From sequence record SRR22947725_2388: 55,334 nt of DNA; one strand, written 5' to 3'. Under the pieces are notes generated by a model. It was not told the origin of the DNA and made no database searches. It was given only the letters and a program-made list of their open reading frames with translations. Below, in pieces: positions 30,258-40,110 of the stretch (position 1 is its first letter; every line of letters begins with the position of its first letter). The translations under genes and the position numbers were made by a program.

Positions 30258-31754
30258 TTATTCCTTCAATACAGTCTTCTTCATTTGCGCTTTAGAGGGA
30301 CGCGGCCGGATTCTGGCAGGGGTGACGCCTCCGGTTTGACGGTCGAATTCATCCGGCGTTCGGATTGCTGGGATTTTGTCGTTTGTAGCCAGCCTCCAGG
30401 ATTGAAGGATATCGCGATGTTTTTTCAAGACGGTTTGGTAGGCATCGTGATGTACAAGGTTATTGAGTTCGTGAGGATCGTCAACAAGATCATACAATTC
30501 CTCGCCGGGTCTGGGCACAGTGAGGCATTGTTGTTGTTGTGCTTTGAGTTTTCCTGCCTGATGCAATTTCAACATGGCTTGAAACACGGGGCCTCTGACG
30601 GCGTCTGCCGGTGGAGTCATCGCTAGATCATTGTAATCATTGAGAATGTATTTGTATCGATGTGATCGAACGGCACGTGAATGATCCTCATAGTCGTGCC
30701 AGTGCTTTTCCGCGAAGCAATAGTTTCGGACAGATTTTCCCGGGTTCTTCAGCAAAGGGGCAAATGACTTGCCGTCCATACTTGATGGTTGCTTCACCCC
30801 AGCCAATTCCAGAAATCCTGCACCCAGATCAATGGAACTCACAAGTTCTTTGCAAACCGACTGTGGCGCAATCGTGTCCTTCCAAACCGCAAACATGGGC
30901 GTGCGAATGCCACTGTCATAGAGGGTTGTTTTGTCCCTTGGAAAGGGGCGGCCATTGTCACTTATGAAAAGGATCAATGTGTTTTGAGCTATCCCCTGAT
31001 CGCGGACACCTTCCATGACGTCACCTACAAATCGATCCAATCGGGTGGCTTCATCGTAATAAAGTGCCATATCTTTCCGCACCTCAGGAGTGTCGGGGAC
31101 ATAAGGAGGTAGACGGACATCATTCGCTCCATGCGGTTTTTCGAGGATACCTTCATCGTACGGACGGTGGGGGTCCAAAGCCGCAAGCCACAGAAAAAAG
31201 GGCTGGTCTTTGGGACGGGCATTCAGTGCGGTGAGCCAGTCAGCGCAACCACTCTTTGCATCGCCGATTGCAGTCTCCTTGAATTCGCCTGATTCGCCCG
31301 CCTTGCCTGAAGGAAGCTGGAATCCCGAGGTATCTACCTCCCAAATCCGATCAAACCGGTCCTTCACCTGATCGCCCAAATGCCATTTCCCGGCTGCCGC
31401 GGTCCAATAGCCTGCATCTTTCAACAGTTCGACAAAAGTGACCTGATTTTCAGGTAGAGGCCAGTGCAGTTGTTCCGCATTGGTGCGGTGTGGGTATTTG
31501 CAGGTGATCAGGCTGGATCGACTGGCGCTGCATGAACTGATCGTGAGAAACGCTCTGTCAAACCGCATGCCGGTGGCCGCCATGCGCGTCAAGTTGGGGG
31601 TGCGTATTGTTGGATGTCCGTAGGGCGCACTGTCATCCCATGCCAGATCATCAGCAATGATGAGGATGATATTGGGGCGTTCACTTGCTCCAAGATGCAA
31701 AGACAATGTGACAGTGCAAACACTCAGAGCGAAAATGAGATTTAAGAATTGCAT
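30258..31754 (-). CDS. Sulfatase (sulfamidase/SGSH-like), exported
   Basis: 'RPNIILIIADD', 'CSASRSSLIT', 'GKWH', 'DPHRPY', 'SDNGRPFPRDK', 'ELYDLVDDPHELNNL'. Confidence 0.93.
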   Translation of the reverse strand: MQFLNLIFALSVCTVTLSLHLGASERPNIILIIADDLAWDDSAPYGHPTIRTPNLTRMAATGMRFDRAFLTISSCSASRSSLITCKYPHRTNAEQLHWPLPENQVTFVELLKDAGYWTAAAGKWHLGDQVKDRFDRIWEVDTSGFQLPSGKAGESGEFKETAIGDAKSGCADWLTALNARPKDQPFFLWLAALDPHRPYDEGILEKPHGANDVRLPPYVPDTPEVRKDMALYYDEATRLDRFVGDVMEGVRDQGIAQNTLILFISDNGRPFPRDKTTLYDSGIRTPMFAVWKDTIAPQSVCKELVSSIDLGAGFLELAGVKQPSSMDGKSFAPLLKNPGKSVRNYCFAEKHWHDYEDHSRAVRSHRYKYILNDYNDLAMTPPADAVRGPVFQAMLKLHQAGKLKAQQQQCLTVPRPGEELYDLVDDPHELNNLVHHDAYQTVLKKHRDILQSWRLATNDKIPAIRTPDEFDRQTGGVTPARIRPRPSKAQMKKTVLKE

Positions 31755-31898
31755 GATTCGTATCCTGCTTGATTCGAGAAAAAGGATCGAGTCTGGAATA
31801 AATGTTTGGAATTTATCAATAGTTGGGACCGACCCTTATGGGCCCCTAATTCAAATGCAAGGTTGAGGTATGGGGTTTTTTTTGATTATTTTTTGTGG

Positions 31899-34328
31899 AT
31901 GGAAACTTCATGTTCGATTCCTGCTTCAGCTCAGGTGGTTGTGGTGGGTGGAGGTATCGTTGGCTGCAGCGTTGCCTATCACTTGACCAAGCTTGGCTTC
32001 TCTGACGTTGTTTTAGTTGAGCAGAAAGCTGTGGCCGGCGGAACGACCTGGCACGCAGCGGGGATGGTTGGTCGCTTGCGCACATCCAATAGCCTGACCA
32101 AGATCAACCAATACAGCGCAGAGCTCTACGCTGGTCTAGAGGCTGAGACCGGTCACGCTACTGGTTGGAAACAGGTGGGTAGCTTGGTTCTTGCCTCGAA
32201 TGAGGAACGCATGACCCAACTTTACCGTACTGCAGCCATGGCAGAATACCTTGGGGTTCAAGCAGATTTGATCAGTGCAAAAGAAGCTGGTGAAAAATGG
32301 CCACTGATCAAAACCGATGATTTACTCGGAGCCGTCTGGTTGCCAGGGGATGGTAAAGTGATCCCCAAGGAAACGGCGATGGCATTGGCCATCGGGGCTC
32401 AGCAGAATGGAGCCAGGATTTGTGAGAACGTTGAAACGCACGAAATCCTCCATCGAAATGGTAGAGCAGCTGGAGTCAAAACAAATCAGGGCTTGATTGA
32501 AGCGGAATACGTGGTGCTGGCTTGCGGGATGTGGTCACGTCAGCTTGGTTTGACCTGTGGTGTTTCCATTCCACTGGCACCTGTGGAACATCATTATGTG
32601 GTTTCGAATCCGATTGAGGGGGCCTTTGATGAACTTCCTTGTGGCCGTGACCCTGATGCAACGATCTATTTTCGAGGTGAAGATAATACGGTTCTTCTGG
32701 GGGCTTTTCAAAAATACACCAAACCTTGGCTTCAGGATCCGATTCCATCTGATTTTTCGTTCGATCTCCTGGAAGCGGATTGGAAAAAGTATCGTGATCC
32801 ACTCCGGGCGGGTGAATTTCGCATTCCAAAATTAAAAGACGCTGGCTATGCGAAATTTGTCAACGGCCCAGAAAGCTTTACTCCTGATAATCAATTTCTG
32901 CTGGGAGAAACGCCTGAATTACAAGGTTTGTTTGTGGCTGCCGGGTTTAATTCAGCTGGCATCGCATGTGCTGGAGGTGCAGGTAAATACCTGGCGGAAT
33001 GGATGAAGGAAGGGGAGCCTACAATGGATCTCTGGGCAGTTGACATACGTCGCTTTGGGCGCTGGGCCAACAACCGAACCTACCTGCGGGATCGTATCAC
33101 GGAAGTGCTTGGTCTTCACTACCAAATGGCCTGGCCCAATCGTGAAATGGAAACCGGCCGAAATATTCGGATGACACCCATCCATGATCAACTCAAAGAG
33201 TCAGGAGCCTGTTTTGGTTCCAAAGCTGGATGGGAACGGCCCAATTGGTTTGCGCATCTGCCATCCAAACCCGAGAATCAATATTCGTTCGGTAAACAGA
33301 ATTGGTTTGGCAATCATGCCCGGGAACATCTGGCCACTCGTGAGAGTGTGGCTTTGTTTGATCAATCCAGCTTCGCTAAATTACAGCTCAAAGGCAAAGA
33401 TGCCTGTGCTCTCATGCAGCATGTATGCGGCAACAATATGGACGTTGCGCCCGGTAAAGCCGTCTACACAGGCATGTTCAACAAGCGTGGAGGTTTTGAA
33501 TCTGATTTCACAGCCGTCAGAATCGCAGAAGATGAATACTATATTGTTACGGCATCCACTCAGGCGGTCCATGATGCCTCATGGATTTCCAGGAACACTC
33601 CTCAAGGCATGCAGGTATCCTTGACCGATGTCACCTCTGGAACAGGAGTGCTGAGTGTGATGGGGCCGGAGGCAAGGCGTTTCCTTCAGCCCTTGACAGA
33701 CACGGATCTTTCTGGAGAAAACTTCGCCTTTGCAACGTGTAAAGAAATCTCCATCGGAATGTCCACCGTGCGAGCGCTTCGCCTTTCCTATATGGGGGAA
33801 TTGGGATGGGAACTCCACGTAGGAATGGATCAGATGTCAGCTCTTTATAACTTATTGATGGATCACAGTAAAACTCATCCGATTCAACTCGCTGGTCATT
33901 ACGCCATCAACTCATTGAGATTGGAAAAGGGATTCCGTGCATGGGGTCACGAACTCTCCCCGGACGATAACCCACTCGAAGCCGGTTTAAGTTTTGCCAT
34001 TGATTGGCACAAGACATCGGCATTCATCGGCCAAGATGCATTGGTGAAAAGTAAATCTTCGCAACCACAAAAGCGTCTCGCCATATTTACGCTCAATGAT
34101 CCGGATATTTTCCTTTGGGGAGGCGAAATTATTTACCGTAACGGGCAGGTCGTTGGATATACCACATCGGGTTCTTTCGGGCATTCCGTTGGCGGGGGCA
34201 TAGCAATGGGGTATGTCCGCAGAAAAGATGGTGTGGACCGTGCATTCGTTCAGGGGGGAGACTATGCACTGAAAGTTGGAAATCAGATGATACCTGCCAG
34301 CGTGCATTTGAAAGCTCTGGTTAACTGA
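31899..34328 (+). CDS. FAD-dependent oxidoreductase/GcvT fusion (dimethylglycine/sarcosine dehydrogenase family)
   Basis: 'VVGGGIVG', flavinylation motif 'TTWHAAG', 'NGPESFTPD', 'GWERPNWF', 'SYMGELGWEL', 'SLRLEKG', 'GYTTSG'. Confidence 0.94.
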   Translation: METSCSIPASAQVVVVGGGIVGCSVAYHLTKLGFSDVVLVEQKAVAGGTTWHAAGMVGRLRTSNSLTKINQYSAELYAGLEAETGHATGWKQVGSLVLASNEERMTQLYRTAAMAEYLGVQADLISAKEAGEKWPLIKTDDLLGAVWLPGDGKVIPKETAMALAIGAQQNGARICENVETHEILHRNGRAAGVKTNQGLIEAEYVVLACGMWSRQLGLTCGVSIPLAPVEHHYVVSNPIEGAFDELPCGRDPDATIYFRGEDNTVLLGAFQKYTKPWLQDPIPSDFSFDLLEADWKKYRDPLRAGEFRIPKLKDAGYAKFVNGPESFTPDNQFLLGETPELQGLFVAAGFNSAGIACAGGAGKYLAEWMKEGEPTMDLWAVDIRRFGRWANNRTYLRDRITEVLGLHYQMAWPNREMETGRNIRMTPIHDQLKESGACFGSKAGWERPNWFAHLPSKPENQYSFGKQNWFGNHAREHLATRESVALFDQSSFAKLQLKGKDACALMQHVCGNNMDVAPGKAVYTGMFNKRGGFESDFTAVRIAEDEYYIVTASTQAVHDASWISRNTPQGMQVSLTDVTSGTGVLSVMGPEARRFLQPLTDTDLSGENFAFATCKEISIGMSTVRALRLSYMGELGWELHVGMDQMSALYNLLMDHSKTHPIQLAGHYAINSLRLEKGFRAWGHELSPDDNPLEAGLSFAIDWHKTSAFIGQDALVKSKSSQPQKRLAIFTLNDPDIFLWGGEIIYRNGQVVGYTTSGSFGHSVGGGIAMGYVRRKDGVDRAFVQGGDYALKVGNQMIPASVHLKALVN

Positions 34329-34382
34329 TCACTCTGGGGGCGGATGCTCTCCTTCTGTTCGCAATTGGGCAAGGTGAAAGCA

Positions 34383-35513
34383 TCAACAGCAAGCATCATT
34401 TTCCGCAACTTCGATTGTGGCTTTGTAATGAGCGCCCTTGGTTTCCTTTGGATGGCGAAGTTTTGGTTCGGTACATCCAAAAGCTTGGGCGCTTTCCAAC
34501 GGGATCGTTTCATTGGGCTCGATCCGTTCGAAGTGTCCCTCGTAAGGTGGTTTCCCATATATTTGGTAATTTTTATCGCATGTAGCGTAGCGTTTTCCTC
34601 GCTCCATTGTATTCCCGTCATCATCGGTCACGGCCTTGAAGGGGCCTTTGTATACAACTGCCTGATTTCGTTCCAGGCAGACGCCTTCCTTACCTTTGAA
34701 AGCCTGGACCGTGATCCCGCGGAACTCGATGCCTTCGACGGTTTGCCATGGGGATTCATCTCGCTTGAGTATTTCGATGCCGTAAAACCCTGCCTCCTCA
34801 AAGGCCTTGAGGAATCCTTCCTCAGTCAGCGCTCCGCTGATGCATCCGCTCCAGAGCTCATGGTCGTCCTGTAGATGCTGAGGTATGATTTCGTCTGAGA
34901 CGATGTCGGATATGATGGCCCTGCCACCTCTCTTGATGACGCGGAAAATTTCCGAGAACATTTGATTCTTGGCTGATGCATGCACCAGATTAAGTACGCA
35001 ATTTGAGACAACGGCATCGATACTTGCATCGGAAACAAGGGGACGAGTTTTTTTAAGGTTTTCCGTGATGGTATCCAGATTCAAAAAGTCATTGGCATTC
35101 AATACGGGATGTTTCACCAGCTCATCATCGAGCAAATCCAAATCCAGTGCCAGATCTTGAATCCTGCCTTTTTTGAAAACCACATTCGCATGGCCTGCTC
35201 GCTCTGCCACAACAGGAGCGTTTCGTTGCGCGACTTCAAGCATGTCATCCGTCATGTCGATGCCAATGACCTTACCTTCTGGCCCGACCACCTGAGAGGC
35301 AATGAAGCAAATCTTGCCAGTGCCGCTACCCAGATCCAGCACGGTTTCTCCTGGTTGCAAGTATCTCGAGGGATCTCCACAGCCATAATCTTTTTCGATG
35401 ACTTCTTGTGGAATGATTTCGAGATACTTCTGGTCATATTCTACTGGACAACAAAGAGCCGGTTCTGGTGCATTTGCGGCGGCTGCGTATCTTTTTTTTA
35501 CGTTGGATTCCAT
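34383..35513 (-). CDS. Arsenite methyltransferase-like (ArsM/AS3MT family) protein
   Basis: 'LCCP', 'YGCG', 'LDLGSGTG', 'GIDMT..ML', 'SNCVLNL', 'WSGCISGAL', C-terminal CC. Confidence 0.82.
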   Translation of the reverse strand: MESNVKKRYAAAANAPEPALCCPVEYDQKYLEIIPQEVIEKDYGCGDPSRYLQPGETVLDLGSGTGKICFIASQVVGPEGKVIGIDMTDDMLEVAQRNAPVVAERAGHANVVFKKGRIQDLALDLDLLDDELVKHPVLNANDFLNLDTITENLKKTRPLVSDASIDAVVSNCVLNLVHASAKNQMFSEIFRVIKRGGRAIISDIVSDEIIPQHLQDDHELWSGCISGALTEEGFLKAFEEAGFYGIEILKRDESPWQTVEGIEFRGITVQAFKGKEGVCLERNQAVVYKGPFKAVTDDDGNTMERGKRYATCDKNYQIYGKPPYEGHFERIEPNETIPLESAQAFGCTEPKLRHPKETKGAHYKATIEVAENDACC

Positions 35514-35854
35514 TTTTAATAACTGATCTTTACACTAAGAGACACCTTACAGGGATTTCTTCCAATTCAAAAATTAAAGGGATATCTGTTTCTTGGCTGA
35601 TTCCCCCTTGAATCAAGGTCTCAAGGGAATGATGGCACACATTCTTTCAATCAGCCCTCACTAATGAGCGGGCTTTATCACTTCAACGGCAAAAACCTGA
35701 CGAAGAAAGCGGATCAGGTCCCTGACCATATGCTCAATCTGAACGGATTTCGATGAATCCCGCGGCTGCCATCTTTCGCGTTGGAAATTTCGTGACAGTG
35801 CCGTAACCTTGCCCTTGAAACTAAAGCGACAGTCCTTGTTCATCGCTGCAACCA

Positions 35855-36472
35855 ATGAGAACGCGCATTAAAATTTGTGGAATCACCTGTCTGGAAGACG
35901 CACAGTTTGCTGTTCACTGCGGCGTGGACGCTCTGGGATTCATGTTTTTCGAGGAAAGTAAAAGATTCATCGATGTGGAATCGGCACGCGACATCTGTCA
36001 GGCAATGCCTCCCTGTCTCACCAAGGTGGGTGTTTTTGTGAATGCATCCAAGGAGCAGGTTCATCATGCGCAGCAAACTTGCGGTTTGGACACGCTTCAG
36101 TTTCATGGAGAGGAAGCGCCTGATTGGTGCCGGCAATTTGACGCCAAAACCATGAAAGCGTTCCGGGTTGGCGATGCAGAGACTCTTGAATCACTTGATG
36201 ATTATGATGTTAATGCATGGTTGGTGGACAGTTATCAACCGGGGGAACGAGGGGGAACCGGACATTCTTTTCAATGGGATTTGTTGTCAGCCATTCGACC
36301 TTATCGCAAGCCACTGTTTCTGGCTGGCGGCTTGACGCCAGACAATATCCAGAAGGCCATTCGTGAAGTACAACCTTTTGGTGTAGATGTCTCATCAGGT
36401 GTCGAATTGGCACCTGGGCGGAAATGCCCCGACAAGGTTGCATCTTTTGTGCGAAAAGTGCAGCAAGCCTGA
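35855..36472 (+). CDS. trpF: Phosphoribosylanthranilate isomerase
   Basis: 'IKICGIT', 'VGVFVN', 'QFHGEE', 'GGTGHSFQW', 'LAGGLTPDNI', 'VDVSSGVE'. Confidence 0.97.
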   Translation: MRTRIKICGITCLEDAQFAVHCGVDALGFMFFEESKRFIDVESARDICQAMPPCLTKVGVFVNASKEQVHHAQQTCGLDTLQFHGEEAPDWCRQFDAKTMKAFRVGDAETLESLDDYDVNAWLVDSYQPGERGGTGHSFQWDLLSAIRPYRKPLFLAGGLTPDNIQKAIREVQPFGVDVSSGVELAPGRKCPDKVASFVRKVQQA

Positions 36473-36584
36473 CGATCGTGAGCAAAACCACGCATGGCCG
36501 GATGATTGCCCTTGAAATACCTCTTTTCGGTTTCTAAAAGCTGAAAAACAAGGGCTTAAACAGTAAGAAAGTTTCATATCGTTG

Positions 36585-36612
36585 TTGACTCCTTTGGTTG
36601 GTTTGCTACTTT
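36585..36612 (+). promoter_or_regulatory. Candidate sigma70 promoter of rplM-rpsI
   Basis: TTGACT-16 nt-TACTTT with an extended -10 TGn. Confidence 0.55.
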
Positions 36613-36638
36613 CCTGCCTCTTATATTTTGGATTTGTA

Positions 36639-37073
36639 ATGAAGACATATCTGCCGAAGATTAATGTAGACGAGCGCAAGTGGCACGTAGTAGACGCTGA
36701 GGATATTGTCCTCGGTCGTTTGGCAACTCAGGTTGCTGATGTTCTCCGTGGCAAGAATAAACCCACATACACCCCGCACCTTGATGCTGGCGACTTTGTG
36801 GTCGTCATCAATGCCGAGAAAGTTAAATTGACTGGGAAGAAAGAAGATCAGAAAACCTACATGAGCTACTCAGGATGGTTCGGTGGCGAACGCTATCGCT
36901 CAGTGCCTGAAGTGCGTGAATCGCATCCTGATCGTCTGATCCTGCACGCAGTAAAGGGTATGCTCCCCAAAAACCGACTGGGGCGCAAGCTCCTGACCAA
37001 ACTCAAAGTTTACCGTGGCACTGAGCATCCTCATGATGCGCAACAGCCTGAGCCGATGAAAATCGAGCAGTAA
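36639..37073 (+). CDS. rplM: 50S ribosomal protein L13
   Basis: 'WHVVDA', 'LGRLA', 'LRGKNKPTYTPHLDAGD', 'GMLPKN', 'HPHDAQQP'. Confidence 0.99.
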   Translation: MKTYLPKINVDERKWHVVDAEDIVLGRLATQVADVLRGKNKPTYTPHLDAGDFVVVINAEKVKLTGKKEDQKTYMSYSGWFGGERYRSVPEVRESHPDRLILHAVKGMLPKNRLGRKLLTKLKVYRGTEHPHDAQQPEPMKIEQ

Positions 37074-37100
37074 TAGAATTTTAATACTCATAACCTGAAC

Positions 37101-37496
37101 ATGTCTGAAAATACTGATTTTTTGGGAACTGGTCGCAGAAAAACCTCTGTAGCTCGCGTGCGCTTGTCCGCTGGCACAGGAAAAGTATCCGTGAACGGAC
37201 GCAGCCTCGAGGAATATTTCCCATTGGAAACGCAGCGCAGCGATGTGCTTTTGCCTCTTAACATCACCGAAACCTCCAGCAAGCTTGACGTTCGAATCAA
37301 TGTTTGTGGTGGTGGAATGAGCGGCCAGGCTGGTGCAGCTCGCCATGGTATCTCCCGCGCATTACTCAACGTGGATGCCGATCTCCGTCCCGTGTTGAAA
37401 TCCGCAGGATTCCTCACACGTGATCCACGCATGAAAGAACGTAAAAAGTATGGTCAGCCAGGCGCGCGTCGTCGCTTCCAGTACAGCAAACGTTAA
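37101..37496 (+). CDS. rpsI: 30S ribosomal protein S9
   Basis: '[12 protein letters not shown]', '[10 protein letters not shown]', '[12 protein letters not shown]', 'QYSKR'. Confidence 0.99.
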   Translation: MSENTDFLGTGRRKTSVARVRLSAGTGKVSVNGRSLEEYFPLETQRSDVLLPLNITETSSKLDVRINVCGGGMSGQAGAARHGISRALLNVDADLRPVLKSAGFLTRDPRMKERKKYGQPGARRRFQYSKR

Positions 37497-37523
37497 TCAA
37501 ATTTACATCCTATCTGGATATAC

Positions 37524-37557
37524 AAAAGCCGTCGGTTTCTCCGACGGCTTTTTTTTT
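37524..37557 (+). terminator. Rho-independent terminator after rpsI
   Basis: AAAAGCCGTCGG-tttct-CCGACGGC followed by a run of 9 T. Confidence 0.93.
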
Positions 37558-37614
37558 CAAGAAAGAACACATATCGGTTGCGTTGTGTCACTGAATTGAT
37601 CAAGTTAACAAGCC

Positions 37615-38724
37615 ATGATCAGTTTTGATATACATGGATCAACGAGGCACCTTCAGCCGACGCTGTTGAGGGCTTGTCTTTGGTCTGTTTTATTTCATTT
37701 CATGGTCATTGCTTCCATTGAGCTTCTCCACCATTACGGATTCACTGAAAAAGGGCCACTATCCTCCTTGCTGGCTCCCAAGATGCCTGAGCTCAATGCT
37801 GCTGAATTAGAAAAAGAGTTGGAGATCACCCTGGATAAAGAACCTGAACCCAGCATTTTCTTTGATGCTGACCCTTCACTCGAGACGGAAGAGAAACCTG
37901 AGGACACTCCGTACTATGCCGTGATTGATTCCATCGCAGGCAACCCGGATATCTCTCAGGATTTGGATCAGCCCAAGCTCGAGGGCTCACAGGATAAAGT
38001 ATTCAAGACCACGGATACTGCACCGGGCGAAGAAATAACACCGGAACCTCCTGTCAGTGGGCTTCAACCATTCGTGCCTGAAGACGTCGAATCACCACCC
38101 GATACCGAGTCGGTTGAGGATTTTGAAACTGAGTCTTTGGAACCTCAGGAAGTGGATGTTCAAAATGATGGTGTATTCGAAGAAGCGATTGCCGTTGAAA
38201 CCAAAGAGCCCGAGATCAAACAGCCGGCTGAGATTCTGACGCGCATCAAGCCGCGAAAAGCTGTTCCGGTTCAGCAATCAACTCCCCCGAGAAAGGAAAG
38301 AACCCGCCCACGAACCATCGCAGAGGCCAAGAAACGCAACGGAATGCTTTTGGGCGAATCCATGAAACAGGAAGGCGGCGTAAAGAAATTTCGTGTTGAA
38401 TCCTCACCTGATCTTTTGGCAACGCCATTTGGGGCTTACGATGCAGCCATTATACAGGCCATTCAACAGCGCTGGTTTGGATTGCTCGAAGGATTGCCTT
38501 CTGCGCGCAATGCATCAGGGAAGGTTACCGTAAAATTTCAGCTCATGTCGAATGGGAAGGTCATGGAAATGTCGGTGGAGGAAGATACAGTGGGCGTGAT
38601 TCAATCTTTACTCTGTCAACGTGCGATCAGTGATCCTGCGCCTTACGGAAAATGGCCAAGTGATATGCGCCGTCTCGTAGGTGCTGATTACCGGCAAATA
38701 AGATTTTCTTTTTATTACAATTGA
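37615..38724 (+). CDS. TonB/TolA-like energy transducer
   Basis: TM with S-x3-H ('WSVLFHF'), long acidic Pro/Glu linker, TolA/TonB C-domain ('YDAAIIQAIQQRW...GKVTVKF...NGKV...AISDPAPY'). Upstream of exbB/exbD. Confidence 0.78.
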   Translation: MISFDIHGSTRHLQPTLLRACLWSVLFHFMVIASIELLHHYGFTEKGPLSSLLAPKMPELNAAELEKELEITLDKEPEPSIFFDADPSLETEEKPEDTPYYAVIDSIAGNPDISQDLDQPKLEGSQDKVFKTTDTAPGEEITPEPPVSGLQPFVPEDVESPPDTESVEDFETESLEPQEVDVQNDGVFEEAIAVETKEPEIKQPAEILTRIKPRKAVPVQQSTPPRKERTRPRTIAEAKKRNGMLLGESMKQEGGVKKFRVESSPDLLATPFGAYDAAIIQAIQQRWFGLLEGLPSARNASGKVTVKFQLMSNGKVMEMSVEEDTVGVIQSLLCQRAISDPAPYGKWPSDMRRLVGADYRQIRFSFYYN

Positions 38725-38848
38725 AAACAAAATATTAAAATCCCAGACTTTGAGCTTATCATCAGAGAGGCGAACATGCCTCTACCCGGGGGGGATTCAG
38801 TTTTTTGGGGCCAGAGGAAAGCAACATAAATTATTTCTATAAAAAACA

Positions 38849-39571
38849 ATGTTTGAATTTTTAGAGGCAGGTGGACCTTTCATGTGGTTGTTACTGATCA
38901 TGTCAGTAGTGGCCTTGACTTATATTATCGAGCGTGGTCTCGCATTGCGTTGGCGTAATGTGGTTCCGGATCAGATTGCTGAAGCCCTGAGTCAATGTGA
39001 AAGTCCGCAGGATTTATCGACATTGCATACCTTGTGCCAGCAGTTTCCATCTCCAGCAAGTCGCATGTTGAGCGCGGCCATGGATCAATTTCCATATTCA
39101 AAGGCTGAAAACATGGAAGCTTTGCAAACGCGTGCTCGAAAGGAAATCGCTCAACTCGAAAGCGGGCTGGTGGTGATCGAAGTGATCGTGGGTTCCGCAC
39201 CTCTCCTTGGTCTGGTTGGAACCTTGCATGGGCTCATTACGCTCTTTGGTGACTTTGGTGCCGCCAGCCTTGCTGATCATACTTCATTGGCCAAGGGTAT
39301 TTCCATTGCACTGAACACGACACTTACAGGGCTCCTGATTGCGATCCCATCACTGATTGCCTGGAGTTACTACAACAAGAAGGTGGAAACCATGGCTATT
39401 GAGCTTGAGGCGCTCTGTGATGAATTATTGCGGATATACTATCCGCCCTCAAGTGCAGCGAAGCAGGCTGAAGTCGTCCCGTCGGATGCCATTACAAGTG
39501 TTGAACCAGAACAACAGGCTCCCGCACCCAAGCGCCGTGCCAAGCGTCGGCGTGACTCAAAGCAATCCTGA
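38849..39571 (+). CDS. MotA/TolQ/ExbB proton channel protein
   Basis: 'GGPFMWLL', 'APLLGLVGT', 'GISIALNTTLTGLLIAIP'. Confidence 0.92.
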   Translation: MFEFLEAGGPFMWLLLIMSVVALTYIIERGLALRWRNVVPDQIAEALSQCESPQDLSTLHTLCQQFPSPASRMLSAAMDQFPYSKAENMEALQTRARKEIAQLESGLVVIEVIVGSAPLLGLVGTLHGLITLFGDFGAASLADHTSLAKGISIALNTTLTGLLIAIPSLIAWSYYNKKVETMAIELEALCDELLRIYYPPSSAAKQAEVVPSDAITSVEPEQQAPAPKRRAKRRRDSKQS

Positions 39572-39588
39572 TTGATAAGGAGACTATT

Positions 39589-40014
39589 TTGAAATTCCTC
39601 CAACGCAAACGTCAAAAGCCGCCGACGATTATCATCATATCATTGATTGATATCCTGATTGTGCTGCTGATTTTCATGATGGTGACCACTACCTTCAAGC
39701 AGAAATCGGTTTTGAATCTAAGTTTGCCACAATCGCGTGCTCAGTCCTCTGCGCAAACAGAGACCGGCAACATTACCATCAGTATTACCAAGAATGAACC
39801 CTTCCTGCACTGGGATGAATTACCCATTACAGAATCTGAATTGGAAGCTCGCCTCAAGCAAGTGGCGCAGGAAAATCCGGACATGACCGTCATTGTTAAA
39901 CCGGATAAAGACTCTACAACCGGGCATTTGGTATTTGTGATGGATGCTGCCAACGCGGTTGCTCTCAATAACATCAAGCTCAGGACCAAGCCTCTCAGGG
40001 ATGCAGTAGAATAG
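39589..40014 (+). CDS. ExbD/TolR-family protein
   Basis: 'SLIDILIVLLIFMMVTTTF', 'LPQS', 'VIVKPDK'. TTG start with an AAGGAG ribosome-binding site. Confidence 0.92.
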   Translation: MKFLQRKRQKPPTIIIISLIDILIVLLIFMMVTTTFKQKSVLNLSLPQSRAQSSAQTETGNITISITKNEPFLHWDELPITESELEARLKQVAQENPDMTVIVKPDKDSTTGHLVFVMDAANAVALNNIKLRTKPLRDAVE

Positions 40015-40110
40015 GCTGCCGCAAGCTGAGTCAATGCGCATGCATCGGCTTTGATTCATCGGGCTGCCAGATGCTCGACAACCATTTGCCAAATCGAATA
40101 TGATTTGCGG

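Noticed and set aside
31755-31898. Possible glycine riboswitch upstream of the GcvT-like gene
   Set aside because: No GGAGA...CCGAAG...CTCTCAGG core is present.
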